Of a DNA stretch of 64,000 nucleotides, positions 45,467 to 58,227 are shown piece by piece (within the stretch, counting starts at the first letter, position 1; each line of letters opens with the position of its first letter). The stretch covers positions 424,514,001-424,578,000 of the forward strand of contig NW_027362761.1 in assembly GCF_046119375.1 (NCBI RefSeq), read 5' to 3'. The notes beneath the pieces were generated by a model that was not told the origin of the DNA, did no database searches, and saw nothing but the letters and a program-made list of their open reading frames with translations. The position numbers were made by a program, and so were the translations under genes. This DNA is from Phyllobates terribilis. Taxonomy: Eukaryota.

Positions 45467-45986
45467 AGGGAATCTGTCAGTGGGATCAACCCTGCTAAGC
45501 TGTCTATATGGGCATGCAGGGAATAGGAAGCTGAATAAAATGATAGCTTAATATCTGAGATCTGATATCTTGTTCCAGAGAAATCCACACTTTTGTTAAT
45601 ATGTAAATGAGCTGTTAAGATCTATGGGCTGGACATAAATCTCCCAGAGAATCTGCCCCCAAAGATTATTTTAAATAAAAGGGGGCGTTTCCAGTAAGTC
45701 TGTAGATCACAAGAGAAGACCGTCAGTCATTACATGTCTCACACTGGTAATGCCCCTACCACCTTCCACACCTCTTACATTTAAAATAAGTTCTTAAAGG
45801 CAGATTCTTCAGGAGATCTGGGTCGGGCCCATAGATCTTAACAGGTTTACATATTAACAAAAATGTGAATTTCTCTGGAATAAGACATCAGAACACATAT
45901 ATCAAGGTATCATTTTATTCAACTTCTTAAGACCTACATGCCCATGAATGTGGCTTAGGAGGGTTGATCTTGCTGACAGATTGTAT
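45467..45986. mobile_element. Kolobok/T2-like MITE with long inverted arms
   Basis: AGGGAATCTGTCAG..GATCAACCC ... GGGTTGATC..GCTGACAGATT, with arms of about 150 bp. Confidence 0.6.
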
Positions 45987-48749
45987 TTAAGAGCGTTAAC
46001 AAAAATTAATGCTCCTGCAACTTTTGAGAGGAAAGTATTTTCTGAAACCAAACACAAAAGAAACTGCAATCAAATTTTAAAATGTAACACTCATAACAAA
46101 ACACCTACAAATAGCTCAATGTGAAAAGGCAAAAATGGTCACAAAGATGGTGCAGGCCAGGGAGAATTGCATGTAAGGTTGGAGAAGGAAGAAGAGTATT
46201 TCCTCCAGCTAAGTAAAAAAGGTAGTGGAACATAGTCAGAGATTATATTTTTGGTGCAAAACCCATCACAGAGAAATTGTGTTCAGCCATAACAATGTAA
46301 GAGATGATGTCTGCCCTGATGTGCCATAGTGGAAGATGTTGGGTAAGTGTGAAGATAACCTGAGAAACAACACTTATTGTAGCCATAAAATTGTCCCCCT
46401 GTGAAATTTTCCTAAAAACCCCAGGCTCAGGAAGTCAGATTTTTCAATTTTAATTTATTTAAGTCTAGCCTTGGATAAATCTTGCCATGGCCACCATAGT
46501 GGGATGTTTATGATAAACTGTGTTTTTTGTATGAAAGTAAAAAATTGCACCCACAGGGTTCTTACTGCTCCTAGTAGCAGCTGGACAAATTGGAAAGCAC
46601 TTAGACGCCCAAAAATGTATGTGACCCCACAGTCCCACTACCACTCTATAGAAATAACAGGGCCCAACAATGGCCACTCAACTAAAGCTACTGGCAGAGC
46701 GAATAATACATTTTGTGCTAAATGGTTGAGTGTCTCACACTGACTGATGTCAGCCCAGAGGCAGCCTCAAGCCACCCTGGTTGAACGTTGTAAATTGTTC
46801 CGGTAATTGGGATGATGTTTTTTTTACATTTGCTGACATGATTTTCTATCACTGTTTGTTGTCAAACTATTGCACAAAGCATCTGCAGCCCCTAATAAGA
46901 CAAGGGTAGAGTTGGGAGAAAGTGCCTGGCTTCTTTCAATTACTCTCATAGTCTTTTCCTGTTCCTTCTGACAAACTGCCTTAATTCTGAAAAGTCTTTT
47001 TCGTGGTTTGAATCAATAAACTATTTCTATTGTCTCATATTATAGATTTAGTAATGTTTTCATACATTGTGTCTGAACATTTAGCCAATACGTGTAATTA
47101 CTACAAGATTCCCTTTTAAATATAGATGCTACAAACATAATTCTACTATTATTTCATCTGAGAGAATAGCATAGTGCAAAGGTCTAATGTCTTAGTCATT
47201 GTATATCAGAAAATAAGGGACGTGTGCATATCATAGCATAACATACCATTTTTTATGACAACCTACTCTACAAAGAGTGTGTAGCTAGGAATTTATTGCA
47301 ATTTGCACCCCTAACCCCTTCTCATATACTGTGTACATACTGCGTAGACTAGCCCTCCAGTTTAAGTCTAAGGCTAGGGTCACACCAGCATATATCGCTC
47401 ATCTGAGATAATCGGGCCGATTATTCTAATCACACTGATCACAGTTTCATCAGAGTGTGATCAGAGTGTGATCTGATTCTCTTGAATGAGGAGAAGATTC
47501 AGAAAAAAAAGTACTCTATCTTCTCCATTCTGTGAGTCTGTGGAAATCGGACTGCACTCAGATGTTATCCATGTGAAGTCCAATGTTTTCCATGGCCTCA
47601 TTGACTTGCATAATAATAATCGGATCCAATGTGGGCATGCCGCGATTTTTTCCTTGGACCGTCTCGGTCCGAGGCAAAGATTGGACATGTGTATGGCCCC
47701 ATAGAATAACATTGATCAAAGTGGGATCCAATGTTTTGTCGGGTCACAGCCGGACCGAAAATACGGCCATGAGCACGAGCCCCTAGTGTGACTTTTTAAA
47801 CATTGCAGTTACCATCATTATCAGTGACACTGCAATGTAAATGGCATCAAATCCCGTAGAATTACTAATAGGATCAAAAACCCTAGCATTTGCTACAGTA
47901 ATTATACAAAGGTATTTACTTACAATGACTAAGTTCCCAATTTCCCTGCTGATGACAAGTTTGTTTATTGTGTTATTACATACTGATTCTATGTAGCTGT
48001 CAATAATTTATATATATAAAAAAGACGTAAAATCATCTTTATGAAAAAAGCTAATTTCCCATTAACCTTTGCTATTTACATCCAAGCCAAAGCACGACAC
48101 AATCTCTCCAGTGTAAAACATATTATTATTGATCATTATTATTGTTATAATATTATTATTACAACCCTTTAAACAGCGAGTGCACAGAACATATGTACAG
48201 ATATGTCTTCCCTGTTCCAAATCAATTGATGAGTGACCTCAACAAGGTGGAGACAACATCTGATCTCCAACAGGGGCAACAAGATTAATCCTATGCATCC
48301 ACCTGCTGTGCAACAAGATACAATCACAGCATAATGGCTTATATGTATCATCTGATGGAGGCAGCACAGCACACAGCTCCATGTCTGCTCGGGCAGACCT
48401 ATGTGTAATAGCTTATTAACAGGTAGACTGCAGCTCCTGGGCAGATCCTTGGCTGCTGTCCTGTGATGTGGTGTGAATAAGAATGCATGGTGTCTCCAAA
48501 GACTTGTGTAAGAATGGGATGGCATTATTATCATCCATGCTGGTGATGATCAGCACTGTACCAGCCCAGCCCCTGGCATCCACACATCTCCCTTCTCCTT
48601 TCTCATTCATAGGAACATAAAGGTTGAGCTATTGATCATGCCAGTAAGTGAGTGTGGACTGAGACCCCCAGCTGCTGTGTGCAGGGGCAGGGGAGATGCC
48701 AGGGCAGAGGACCACTGTGCATGCACTAGACATGATCTGCTCCACTTAC

Positions 48750-48916
48750 CGTCCCAGTTCGGACTCCAGCTCATAGTAATGGGCCAAGGTGTCCTTGTTG
48801 GAGCCATCGATCCAGTAATCCGGTGCAGTGCTGCCAGACCTGGAGGAAGAGGAGGAGGTAGAGGAGGATGCTGAGGAAGACGACGAGGACGAGGAGGGGA
48901 GAGTGACTTTCAGCAT
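48750..48916 (-). CDS. camk4: Calcium/calmodulin-dependent protein kinase IV, coding exon 1 (55 codons plus 2 nt, phase-2 donor)
   Basis: MLKVTLPS...APDYWIDGSNKDTLAHYYELESELGR matches the remembered human CaMKIV N-terminus MLKVTVPS...VPDYWIDGSNRDALSDFFEVESELGR; the exon ends CG|GTAAGT. Confidence 0.95.
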
Positions 48917-49230
48917 CTCGGGGAGGTAGAGGAGGACAGGGCTGCCAGGAGGGGGAATGAGACACAGGCACTCAGCTCTGCTCCTCAATCAATAGAGCAC
49001 AGAGCCCAGCCAATGGGGCAGCAGCAGAGGAAGGAGGCAGGCTCTGTGTGTGCCCAGGATAAGAGACCCTGCTGCTCAGGGACTGGCACCCAGTGCCCAC
49101 AGTTTGGCTGGAGAGGGCAGCCTTGGGCAGTGTTCACATAGATGTGACTGTAAGGCTGTCCCTGCTCCTTTCAGCACCCAGTGATTGCCAGCCCTGCAGA
49201 TAACACAGTGGAGAGGTATTTATAGGCACA
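48917..49230 (-). promoter_or_regulatory. camk4: Candidate camk4 5'UTR and proximal promoter
   Basis: AGCCAAT box at 49008-49014, TCAATCAAT at 48985-48993, TATAAATA on the gene strand at 49224-49217. TSS unknown. Confidence 0.4.
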
Positions 49231-50199
49231 CTTGGAGTTTGTTTAGTTGATTTGCTGCCATCACTACCACTGTGTAAATCTATGAAAATTTCCTTCTCTT
49301 TATATTATGAAAGAAATATGAAAAAAAAAAAATTAAAATACATAACTGCTTAGTTCATTCATTAAAATGTATAATGAGATGTAGGCAATGCAACCTCAAT
49401 GCACAGAAATAACCATTCACCAGGGAGATGTCAGCAGAGTGGATAGGCTCAGAGACAGGAGATCAGAACACTGTCCTTCCATCAAACTGCCCTTCAAGGG
49501 GTTAACATGAATAATAGAACAGACAGGGAGGGAAGGAAGTAAATCCCTGCTGCCAGGACTAGCTCCCTATCATTACTATCCCTCTATGGATGAATGGAAA
49601 TCACAGCTACAACTAGTAATGCCTCGGCCGCCCTGTCCCTGGATTCACTCTCCATGGGAGATACTCTATTTAATCTCGGAGCAGTCTGTACTCTACAAAA
49701 TCATAAATTATTATTATTTTTTTTTAAGAACGTGACCAATCGGGGTGATACACAACCCAAGATCACAGCTATATACTCCGCACAACAGCATATGGACGTG
49801 ATGTCTAGCCAAATGCACCTGCACAGATGCTGAGTATTTATGAGCAGGGCACCTCCTATGTTACCAGCCCTCAGCCCAGCTCCAATATTCTTCCTCCACG
49901 TCAGCACCCTACATTATGCTAACTAGAGGGATCCTCAACCAATTGAGGGGGCTGCCTTGCCCCCCGTTTCCAAGGGGATTTTCTATGTGCAAAAAGACGC
50001 TGGTTGTCAATAGATCAGACATCGGCTTCATGATGCTGAGGGGATCACACGTGAAATGCACTTACTACGAGGGAAAATCTGTTGTAGAAATTTCTGTGAC
50101 TGAAAATCAGTTTCCAAACATCTGAATGGGGTTGGCTCAGCTAGTTCAGGTCTGCGGTCCATATAGTAAAAAAAAAACTAGAGTACAAGGGGGGCCTGG

Positions 50200-50420
50200 A
50201 TGTCTTCCTTGAGATTTAAATTACAGGTTATGAGTACTACATTTTAGAGGGAGGATGTTGATCCAGGTAAAAGTCTGATTGCCGTATGTAGAGTTTGGAA
50301 GGAATTTTTTCCCTAATATGGGGCAATTAACATCTGCCTCATAGGGTTTTTGCCTTCCTTTGAATCAATGGGTTAGGCTGAACTTGATGGACTTATATCT
50401 TCTTTCAACCATAAAACTGG
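50200..50420 (+). mobile_element. CR1 LINE 3' end
   Basis: GGAAGGAATTTTTTCCC...GCCTTCCT...GGCTGAACTTGATGGACT...TCTTTCAACC, same family motifs as 36914-37256. Confidence 0.65.
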
Positions 50421-50479
50421 GAAACTAAATTCACAAGAATGTCCTGGCAAAATGAAATGTACTGGCACAGGTTATTGTG

Positions 50480-51110
50480 ACTGTATTACTATAGCATACG
50501 AACAATCAGGGAACAGGAGTGCAGGTGGGTCAGATAGGTGCTGGTGGGGGGCGGGGGGGACTCCATTATTAGGGGAACAGGCAGGGCAGTGTGTCACAAA
50601 GAATGGGATCGTTGAATGGTGTGTTGTCTTCCTGGCGCTCAAGATTAACACATTGCAGATTGGGTTGATAGATTATTGGGAGGGGCTGGTGAGGAACCAA
50701 TGGTTCCTCACTGAATGGTCATGGTGCACATCGGCACCAATGACATAGTTAGAGGTAGGTTGAAGGTCCTTAAGGGTGATTTCATGGAATTAGGCTATAA
50801 GCTTAAAGCAAGGACCTCAAAGGTTGTATTCTCAGAAATACAACCTGTATCATGTGCCACATCAGAGAGGCAGTGGGGGATTAGGGAGCTGAATAAGTAG
50901 CTCAGGAATTGGCGTAGGAACTGGGCCGGTGAATAAGTAGCTCAGGAATTGGTGTAGGAACAGGGTCAACTTCTTTGTTGGCTACAGGCTCTAGGGTAGA
51001 GGTGGGCTGCACCGCAATGGGTAAAGAGCAGCTGTGCTGTTGGAAAGAATAGCTAGAGGGATTGAGTATTGTTTAACAAGTTACTGGGGAAGAGAGCAAT
51101 TACTGTACCG
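50480..51110 (+). pseudogene. CR1 ORF1 SGNH-esterase remnant
   Basis: GDSIIRG..., MVCCLPGA, VMVHIGTND, LKARTSKVVFSEI, IRELN motifs with frameshifts. Confidence 0.75.
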
Positions 51111-51165
51111 TAGGTCATGACAGTGTAGATAATGACCTGCGCCAAAGTAATAAAAGTAATCATGG

Positions 51166-52469
51166 TGTAGCGCCCCGAGGACTCGGTCGCTACAGAGGTA
51201 TTACACCTCATCCAGAGGTGTGATATCCCACTCCCGGGTAAGGATGGGGTATGGATCAAGGCTCAGTAGGCTGCATACAGCACACACACCCCATTTCCGA
51301 GGGACAGCTCAACGGTGCTCCCACTAGACAGAAGTGCAGGCACGACAGCATCTGTCCCTGGCTGGAGTGGGGAGGGGGGTGGAATACCCAGTGCTGTAGG
51401 GGCAGATAGGGGTTGGTTCCTGAGCATAGGAAGGAGCCCATTGGTTGCTAGTCACCTGGGCTCATGGTCAGAGGGAGGTATAAAAGGTGGGCACCATCTT
51501 AGCTCTGGGGGAAAGAAGAAGAAGTTCAGTGTGTGAGGAGAAGTGGAGAAGGCAGGGAGCAGGGCTGCTGCATGGGCTCTGCTCCCTGGGCAGGCATAGC
51601 ACAGAGGCCGGGGCCAGAGAGAGAGAGAGAGAGGAGAAGGAACAGTGGAAAGGAAAAGGGAACAAGACCAGAACAGAAGTAACAAGTGAAACAGAAAGGC
51701 TCAGGAACGAGAAGGAAGAGAGAACCCTAAGGACCCAGGAGATTGCGGGTGACGGGTTGGCAGAACAGGGTACCGGATCCCAAACTGGTGGAAGCAAATC
51801 ATCTTCAGCCAAGAACCGGAGGTCGTGACCAGCCCTTGGTGCGACCCCTCGCTACACCTTGCTAGGAAGGCATACCATAGCGGGTCAGGTACGTGGGCAT
51901 GTAGCCCCCCCTAAGAGAAGGCCCGCGGGAGCTGGACATAAGCTTGGTCACTGGTGGGGCACGAGCCAGAGAAAGGACGGAAAGGAGCTTTGAGACATAC
52001 TCCAGAAAGACCTGGGAGGTGACCGAGTCCCTTGCCTGGTGGACGCAGCACGGCTTGGGTGGTCACTGCTTCGCGAGAGTGACCTGGAGAATACAAACTG
52101 TGAGTAAAGGACATTGGATTGCAACACATTGTCTGTGACTTCTTGCTCCTCCAGCACTATTGGTATTGGGGCTATCTGCGCTATCACCCCCACCATCCAC
52201 GACACTGCCCTGGGGCTGTACTCTTCCCGTGGGGAGTCACACTACCTAAGCTGCATACACCATCTGCCCCAGCGGTCTGCCTTGCAGCGGCGGTCCGCAC
52301 TGACCGCATTCCACGGGTGGCGTAGTCGGACTATTATCTCACTAATAAGACTGCCACTGAATTGACCACCCTGGGCATGGACCGGGTCAGCGCCACGGAA
52401 ACTACAACCCTCAGCGATCCGGCTCCGGGTATTCCCCGCACGCACAACACAGGCCCAGGTGGCGCGTCA
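51166..52469 (+). repeat. Family B 5' LTR (TATAAAA at 51479, AGTAAA at 52103)
   Basis: Direct repeat with 53975-54675 outside a 603-bp block. Confidence 0.9.
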
Positions 52470-52473
52470 ACTT

Positions 52474-52498
52474 CGGCGTAGTCGGCAGGATTCAAACC
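52474..52498 (+). other. Primer binding site, tRNA-Ser (AGA/TGA type)
   Basis: CGGCGTAGTCGGCAGGATTCAAACC, 23 of 25 matches to the remembered tRNA-Ser complement TGGCGTAGTCGGCAGGATTCGAACC. Confidence 0.82.
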
Positions 52499-52902
52499 AA
52501 CCCGTCACCAGCAGGTATTGCGTGCCTGAAAAAGACTTTTGTACTTACCTGTGGTGAAGTTTCCCGTCGTCTGGAGTCGCTTCCCGCCATCGGACGCCAT
52601 CTTGGGTCGTTTCCCGCCATCTTCTGCCGTCTTCCCGCCATCGGACGCCATCTTCGGGACGCCGCACGGGAAGAAGAGGGGCGTGGACGCCGAAAGCGCG
52701 CGAGATCCGAAGCTCCGCCCCACGCACTGATGCTGCGTAAGGTCCTGGAAGGGAGAGGGAGCGACGCTGACGTCACAGGAGCGCGACGCAAGGTCCTCAA
52801 CCCCGACGATCGACTGCGGAGCCGCGGCCTACGGAGGAAGATCATCGCAAGGTAGGCCACGGTCCACCGGGGGGGAGGAAGACATCGGGAACGGAGAGCA
52901 AG

Positions 52903-53409
52903 ATGGCGGACCGGCAGCAGACTAAGCTGCCCAGCATCGGCAGTGCCCCAGTCGTCGCCGGCCCCGACCAGCGCCAGGAGAAGACGCGTGACGCAGGAGT
53001 GGTCGCGAGAGCAGGTAAGAGGAGTCTCCCTGTCCCGGACGCTGCCAGCGTCAGCCTGCTCCCGGGCCCCCTGGTGGAGCCGCCGATCCCGGGCGCTGCA
53101 GACACCGATCTGCTTCAGACCCCGCAACAAGGCCTGCAGCCGACCCCTCCAGCCCTGGGCACCGCCACCACCAGCCCGCGCCCAGGCCCAAAGTCGCACC
53201 CTCTGACCCCGGGTGTCATCAACAGCGGCCTTCTCCAGACCCCGCCGCAAGGCCTACTGCACAAGGGTGCCAAGGGACAGTACGCCCTCCACGTTCACCG
53301 GCTCACGGAGGAGAAGCTGCAGTACCACCAGTACGATGAAAGCCAAGAGGACCCGGACGTGTCTGAAGACTACCCTCAGGAGGGAGCTCAAGGAGGACAT
53401 AGCTATTAA
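52903..53409 (+). CDS. Orphan 168-aa ORF inside the non-autonomous element (coding status unproven)
   Basis: ATG in AAGATGG context, about 20 nt after the position of the family A gag start; Pro/Gln-rich with a repeated LLQTPxQGL; no recognised domain. Confidence 0.3.
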   Translation: MADRQQTKLPSIGSAPVVAGPDQRQEKTRDAGVVARAGKRSLPVPDAASVSLLPGPLVEPPIPGAADTDLLQTPQQGLQPTPPALGTATTSPRPGPKSHPLTPGVINSGLLQTPPQGLLHKGAKGQYALHVHRLTEEKLQYHQYDESQEDPDVSEDYPQEGAQGGHSY

Positions 53410-53974
53410 AAGAAAGTAGCGTGAGTAAGGAACTGTACAAAGTTACCCGTCAGGGTACAAGGACTGTTTTCCTTTTGAACTGTTAATAAGTGTGGGCCCC
53501 TTTGGGACAGCTAAAAGACTGTTACCCGTTTCCAAGATACCCCCTTCCTTACCTGGCTGAGGACTGAGAACAGCCATCCCCTTCCCTACCTGGCCGAGGA
53601 CTGGGAGCGGCCATCCTGTAAATAGTTGCGCTTCTTAAAGCGCCCCCTACTGGTTTTATAATGAAACTGCACCTCTACCTCAAGCACCTTTGAGACCAGT
53701 GAATACCTGGTTGCCAGTTGCACAGCGGCCAGAAGTCAAGAATGTATTTTTGAAGAATGTTTTACTTGCAAAAGTTTTATAATGTGTCTTATGGTAAAAG
53801 AGTTCCGGAAGTAATAACCAAAAGTGTTTCATCAAAGTGTTTCCCATGAAGGGAATTGTACAAGTGTGTCTGTTTCCTGATGTAAGCAGTTATTGAAAAA
53901 GTTTTTGCATACCCATTTGAATCGTTTTTGCTCTGTTCCAGCCCGAGGACGTGCTGTGCTTTACCAGGGGGGAA

Positions 53975-54675
53975 TGTAGCGCCCCGAGGACTCGGTCGCT
54001 ACAGAGGTATTACATCTCATCCAGAGGTGTGATATCCCACTCCCGGGTAAGGATGGGGTATGGATCAAGGCTCAGTAGGCTGCATACAGCACACACACCC
54101 CATTTCCGAGGGACAGCTCAACGGTGCTCCCACTAGACAGAAGTGCAGGCACGACAGCATCTGTCCCTGGCTGGAGTGGGGAGGGGGGTGGAATACCCAG
54201 TGCTGTAGGGGCAGATAGGGGTTGGTTCCTGAGCATAGGAAGGAGCCCATTGGTTGCTAGTCACCTGGGCTCATGGTCAGAGGGAGGTATAAAAGGTGGG
54301 CACCATCTTAGCTCTGGGGGAAAGAAGAAGAACGTTGTCTGTGACTTCTTGCTCCTCCGGCACTATTGGTATTGGGGCTATCTGCACTATCACCCCCACC
54401 ATCCACGACACTGCCCTGGGGCTGTACTCTTCCCGTGGGGAGTCACACTACCTAAGCTGCATACACCATCTGCCCCAGCGGTCTGCCTTGCAGCGGCGGT
54501 CCGCACTGACCGCATTCCACAGGTGGCGTAGTCGGACTATTATCTCACTAATAAGACTGCCACTGAATTGACCACCCTGGGCACGGACCGGGTCAGCGCC
54601 ACGGAAATTACAACCCTCAGCGATCCGGCTCCGGGTATTCCCCGCACGCACAACACAGGCCCAGGGGGCGCGTCA
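53975..54675 (+). repeat. Family B 3' LTR lacking 603 bp
   Basis: Identical offset to the 5' LTR for 358 nt, then jumps to the equivalent of 52127. Confidence 0.9.
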
Positions 54676-55099
54676 ATGGCATGGCATTATGCTGCTTGTA
54701 TAGATGGGCCAGCATATGCAGCATTGATTTTCATTGTGTTCGACTATCGCACATCAGACAGCGCTAAGGCAGATGATTCTGCGTTGATGCCGTGCTTCAC
54801 CACGTAAGAACAGTTAAAATGCCCAGACACTTTCATGGGCATGGCCACCAACCTTCTTCAACTAGAAAAATTCATTTTTGTGCATCATGCAGGAACGTGG
54901 GTTACTTTGCACAAACATAGTGCATTATTGCTGCTCAAAACATAGATCTAGTGAGCTGTGAAAGACGTATCTCTGTCTGTAATCACTGCTCCAGGTATTG
55001 ACAGCGCAGTGCATTTTAGGGCTTAATACCAAATTTATTGAGTGAACCACATTCTTTTACACATGAGAGCACACAGTGGACACCTCTTTATGCGATAAA

Positions 55100-56142
55100 T
55101 GTGGCACCCCAGGGGTATGGTTGCCACAGTAATAGGAATATTACGTCTGAGAGCAAGTGGGAGGTTTATCTGGTCAGGAGCCCTTAAACAAGCAACACCT
55201 TCCTGCCCAGACCTGGGAGGGGAGGAATCTGCCCTTATAAACTGGGTCTGGGGCGGGATTAGACAGTCAGAGTCAGAGCCTGGAGAGGGAAAGTTACAGC
55301 AGGAGCTCTGTAGGAGCTAGGAGCAGAAGACCTGGGGCTGGAAGCTAAGCAGAGATATAGCTCGCCCTGGCAGAAGAATCTGATAACCGGACACCGGAGT
55401 CCGAGGCTGTGGGGACTGATATCCACCCAGCAGCAGAAACCAGCCGGCAGGGGATTCCAGGTCCTCTGGCCATAGAAGCCCGGAGGCTCAGTCACAAGGA
55501 AGGGACCAGCACCGCCATCCAGGAACGGAGGCTAACAGAAGGCCCCAAGTCACCAGCCATACGGGTGAGCACCACACGGTATACTCAGGGACCTGGGCTA
55601 CTTCTACCCACTTACAGCAAGGTAGCCAGAAAGAGTGCAGATAGACGGGGAGGCCTACAACTCCACCTGGCCAGGGGAACTCCTGTTTGCTCGCAGACTG
55701 ACCAGGCCCCTTATGCTAGCCAGTACTCCCGGGAGGGTCTGCCTTGATATCACCAGTAAAGACCCTGAACTGCACTGCAAAGACTCTGAGTCGTTCCTGC
55801 TCATCGCCGCACCAGCACTACTAGTGCTGGGACGCCCGCGCACCATCACTCCCATCATCCACATTCCCTGCCCTGAGGCCATACTCCTCCCGTGGGGAGT
55901 TATCCCATCCTTTGCTGCGCACACCACACCAGCCTCAGCGGACTGCCTCGCAGTGGCGGTACACCCTGACCGCAATCCACGGGTGGCGTAGTCGGACAAT
56001 TAACCTAAAACCCCTAAAAGACCGCCATTGGCCTGACCACCCTGAGCCATGGGACCGGGTCGCCGCCACGGAGACTACAACCCCCAGAGACCCGGCTCCG
56101 GGTATCCCACACACGCCCACACTAGGCCCAGGGGGCGAGTCA
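55100..56142 (+). mobile_element. Solo LTR, Gypsy family C (diverged relative of family A)
   Basis: TGTGGCACCCCAGGGG...GGCCCAGGGGGCGAGTCA, TAAA TSD on both sides; shares blocks with the family A LTR (CACCACACGGTA, AGTAAAGACCCTGAACT). Confidence 0.9.
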
Positions 56143-58227
56143 TAAATAATGGATCATCATCATCAACCTTTACTTGGCTGACAGTTGTCTCAGTGTGGGA
56201 AATATCCTAAACTCTTTGTCCCCCACCCCAGCTCTCTGGATTACCACTTGTAGATGTGGACTGAATGAGAGTGCCATTACCACTTTGGCTGTCATTGCCC
56301 CTACTGACAGAGTCACAGACATAGCACAACACAGCTAGGCATTTGAATCATGCTCCACCACCTGTGTCTCCATCTCATTCGAGACCAAACACCGAGTATT
56401 CATCTCATCCAATACATAAACTTGAAAAAGATGTTGTTAAATATCTTCCTTAGCTCCCGGAATGATATCCTAGAGGCAGAAAAAAAACAGAGGTGTCATT
56501 GATGGAATGGAAATGAAGGGGGGACCAGGGCCGGTTTGCTGAGGGCCAGAACCAAATTCTCTTTACCCTGAAACACCTCTTCTAAACAGAAATTAGAGTG
56601 GAGTGTGTTGTGCTGGAGAGTTCTTTCTTTACTCACTTGTTGCACGGGAGTCCTTGTTACCTCCCCATCCATGGGGCCGGTTCTGGCTACAGACACGACA
56701 GGAGACCTTGTGTCTGGGTTAACAGGTTTAGTTTTACTGTGCAATTTGGTTACACATGGCTGCAGCATACAGATTAAGACAGTCTCTTTTAGTGATGTTC
56801 CTTTTGTTCTATGTCGCATCAGTCCTTGGCTCTGTTCTGCCCGACCTGTTCCCAACTCAACTGCTTCTGCTTACCCTAGGGACTCTCCTTCGGACATAAC
56901 AGCCTCCCTGAAGACCATCATCCTTCCCTTCCTCTGCGACCCGGCCGACATCTTACTCACAGGGGAGACAGAGATAAGACACTCAGTACCTCTTCTAGGC
57001 CTCAGGCCCAAGACCTCCGTCCAGATGGAGCTTCAGATGTGCCTTCATGCTGTTAGGAGACTTGAACTGATAGAACTCCTTCAACTCTGCTGCATCCAAT
57101 TTCTGGAACCTGTTTCCTCTGTGATGTCAAGTCTTGCTTCTGCACTTCCCTCTCCTTCACTGACTAGTCTACACTCCACCTTAAACTTGAATTTGAACTA
57201 ACTAACTAGGAAAAAAACTTTTCTATAGAAACTGTCTGACCCCTCCCAAACTGTGGGCTAATCCCAACACTGTTAACTATCTACTGTCCTGTGTAGTGCA
57301 AACTATATCCCTATGTTCTGTATGTTTCCCCTAATGGACAGACGTCCCGCATTCCCAGGGACGGTCTTAAATCAAAGCCTAGAAGGGAACCGAAACACAC
57401 AATGGCCATAGGGATAAAATACTACTTTTTTATCACACATATAAATAATCACACATCAACATCAATATATCAAACTACTAACAGCATCATGTCAACCCCT
57501 CTGTAGCCACTATGTCTGTCTTCATCATCCCTTCCACCTCCCTTCAGAAAGCTTATTATGTAAAAGATTACCTGTTATGGTGGTGGAGAATGAGGACTGT
57601 GCAGAACACTGTCTCAAATGGACAATGTTACTGTCAGAGGTAACATAATTCTGCATGAAGAATTAAAAAAAAATGTGTAATTGAAATACAGCAGCTGTAC
57701 TATAATCACTGTTGTGATACATCACTGCTGCCTGTTCTCTCTTTTATTCAGAGTACACTAATATTCTTCACTACTGCTGTTATACAGAACACTATCTGAA
57801 GAATTGTCCACTGTTTATGGCTTTTTTCTCCCTATCTCTATTTCAAAGCTGTGAGCTGTGACATCTTCTCACTATGCAGAGTCATCCAAACTCGCTGCTT
57901 CATTCCTTGCCTTAACTTTTATACAAACTATGATGGTCCATTTGATTGGCTGCGGTATACCATGTAATGTGATAGCTGCAAGGCAATATGGGGAACATGG
58001 CCCGTATGCTCCCAATGGTATGTGAGTCTTCACTGGCTGATGGAATATTATACATTGTGCAAAATGGCAACTAGCATTTTTGGTGAGCTGGACAAACTGG
58101 GTCTAACGAACTCCATAAAATTCAACTCAAATTCGATTAGTATCAAATCAATTCGCTCATATTTAAGAGAGACCTAGTAGGTGACACATATTACCATCTA
58201 CAAATTACCATATTTTTCAGACCATAA

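Larger units (their letters stand above)
1..48749 (-). other. camk4: camk4 intron 1 (partial, over 48.7 kb)
   Basis: Starts at the GTAAGT donor (48749-48744); no exon-2-like GATSIVYRC sequence was recognised to the left within the window. Confidence 0.65.
51166..54675 (+). mobile_element. Non-autonomous Gypsy-related LTR element (family B): 1304-bp 5' LTR, 1.5-kb internal region without gag/pol, 701-bp deleted 3' LTR
   Basis: TGTAGCGCCCC...GCGCGTCA termini, ATGG TSD (51162-51165 and 54676-54679), PBS at 52474-52498, PPT AGGGGGGAA at 53966-53974, leader homologous to family A. Confidence 0.92.

Noticed and set aside
1-48749. camk4 exon 2 or other host exons
   Set aside because: No GATSIVYRC/KPYALKVLKK-like coding with splice sites was recognised by eye. 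A short divergent exon could have been missed.
48917-48988. In-frame N-terminal extension of CaMKIV suggested by ORF 48746..48988
   Set aside because: The track start is TTG; the ATG at 48916 matches the conserved MLKVT start.
52492-53250. 252-aa antisense ORF and related antisense leader ORFs (4952..5374, 19036..19380)
   Set aside because: Explained by GC richness and nucleotide-level conservation of the leader; lengths and ends differ between copies.
56494-57437. 198-aa ORF 56605..57201 in an LTR-like segment with TG...CA ends
   Set aside because: No recognisable domain and no matching TSD; probably an old solo LTR, but not supportable enough to call.
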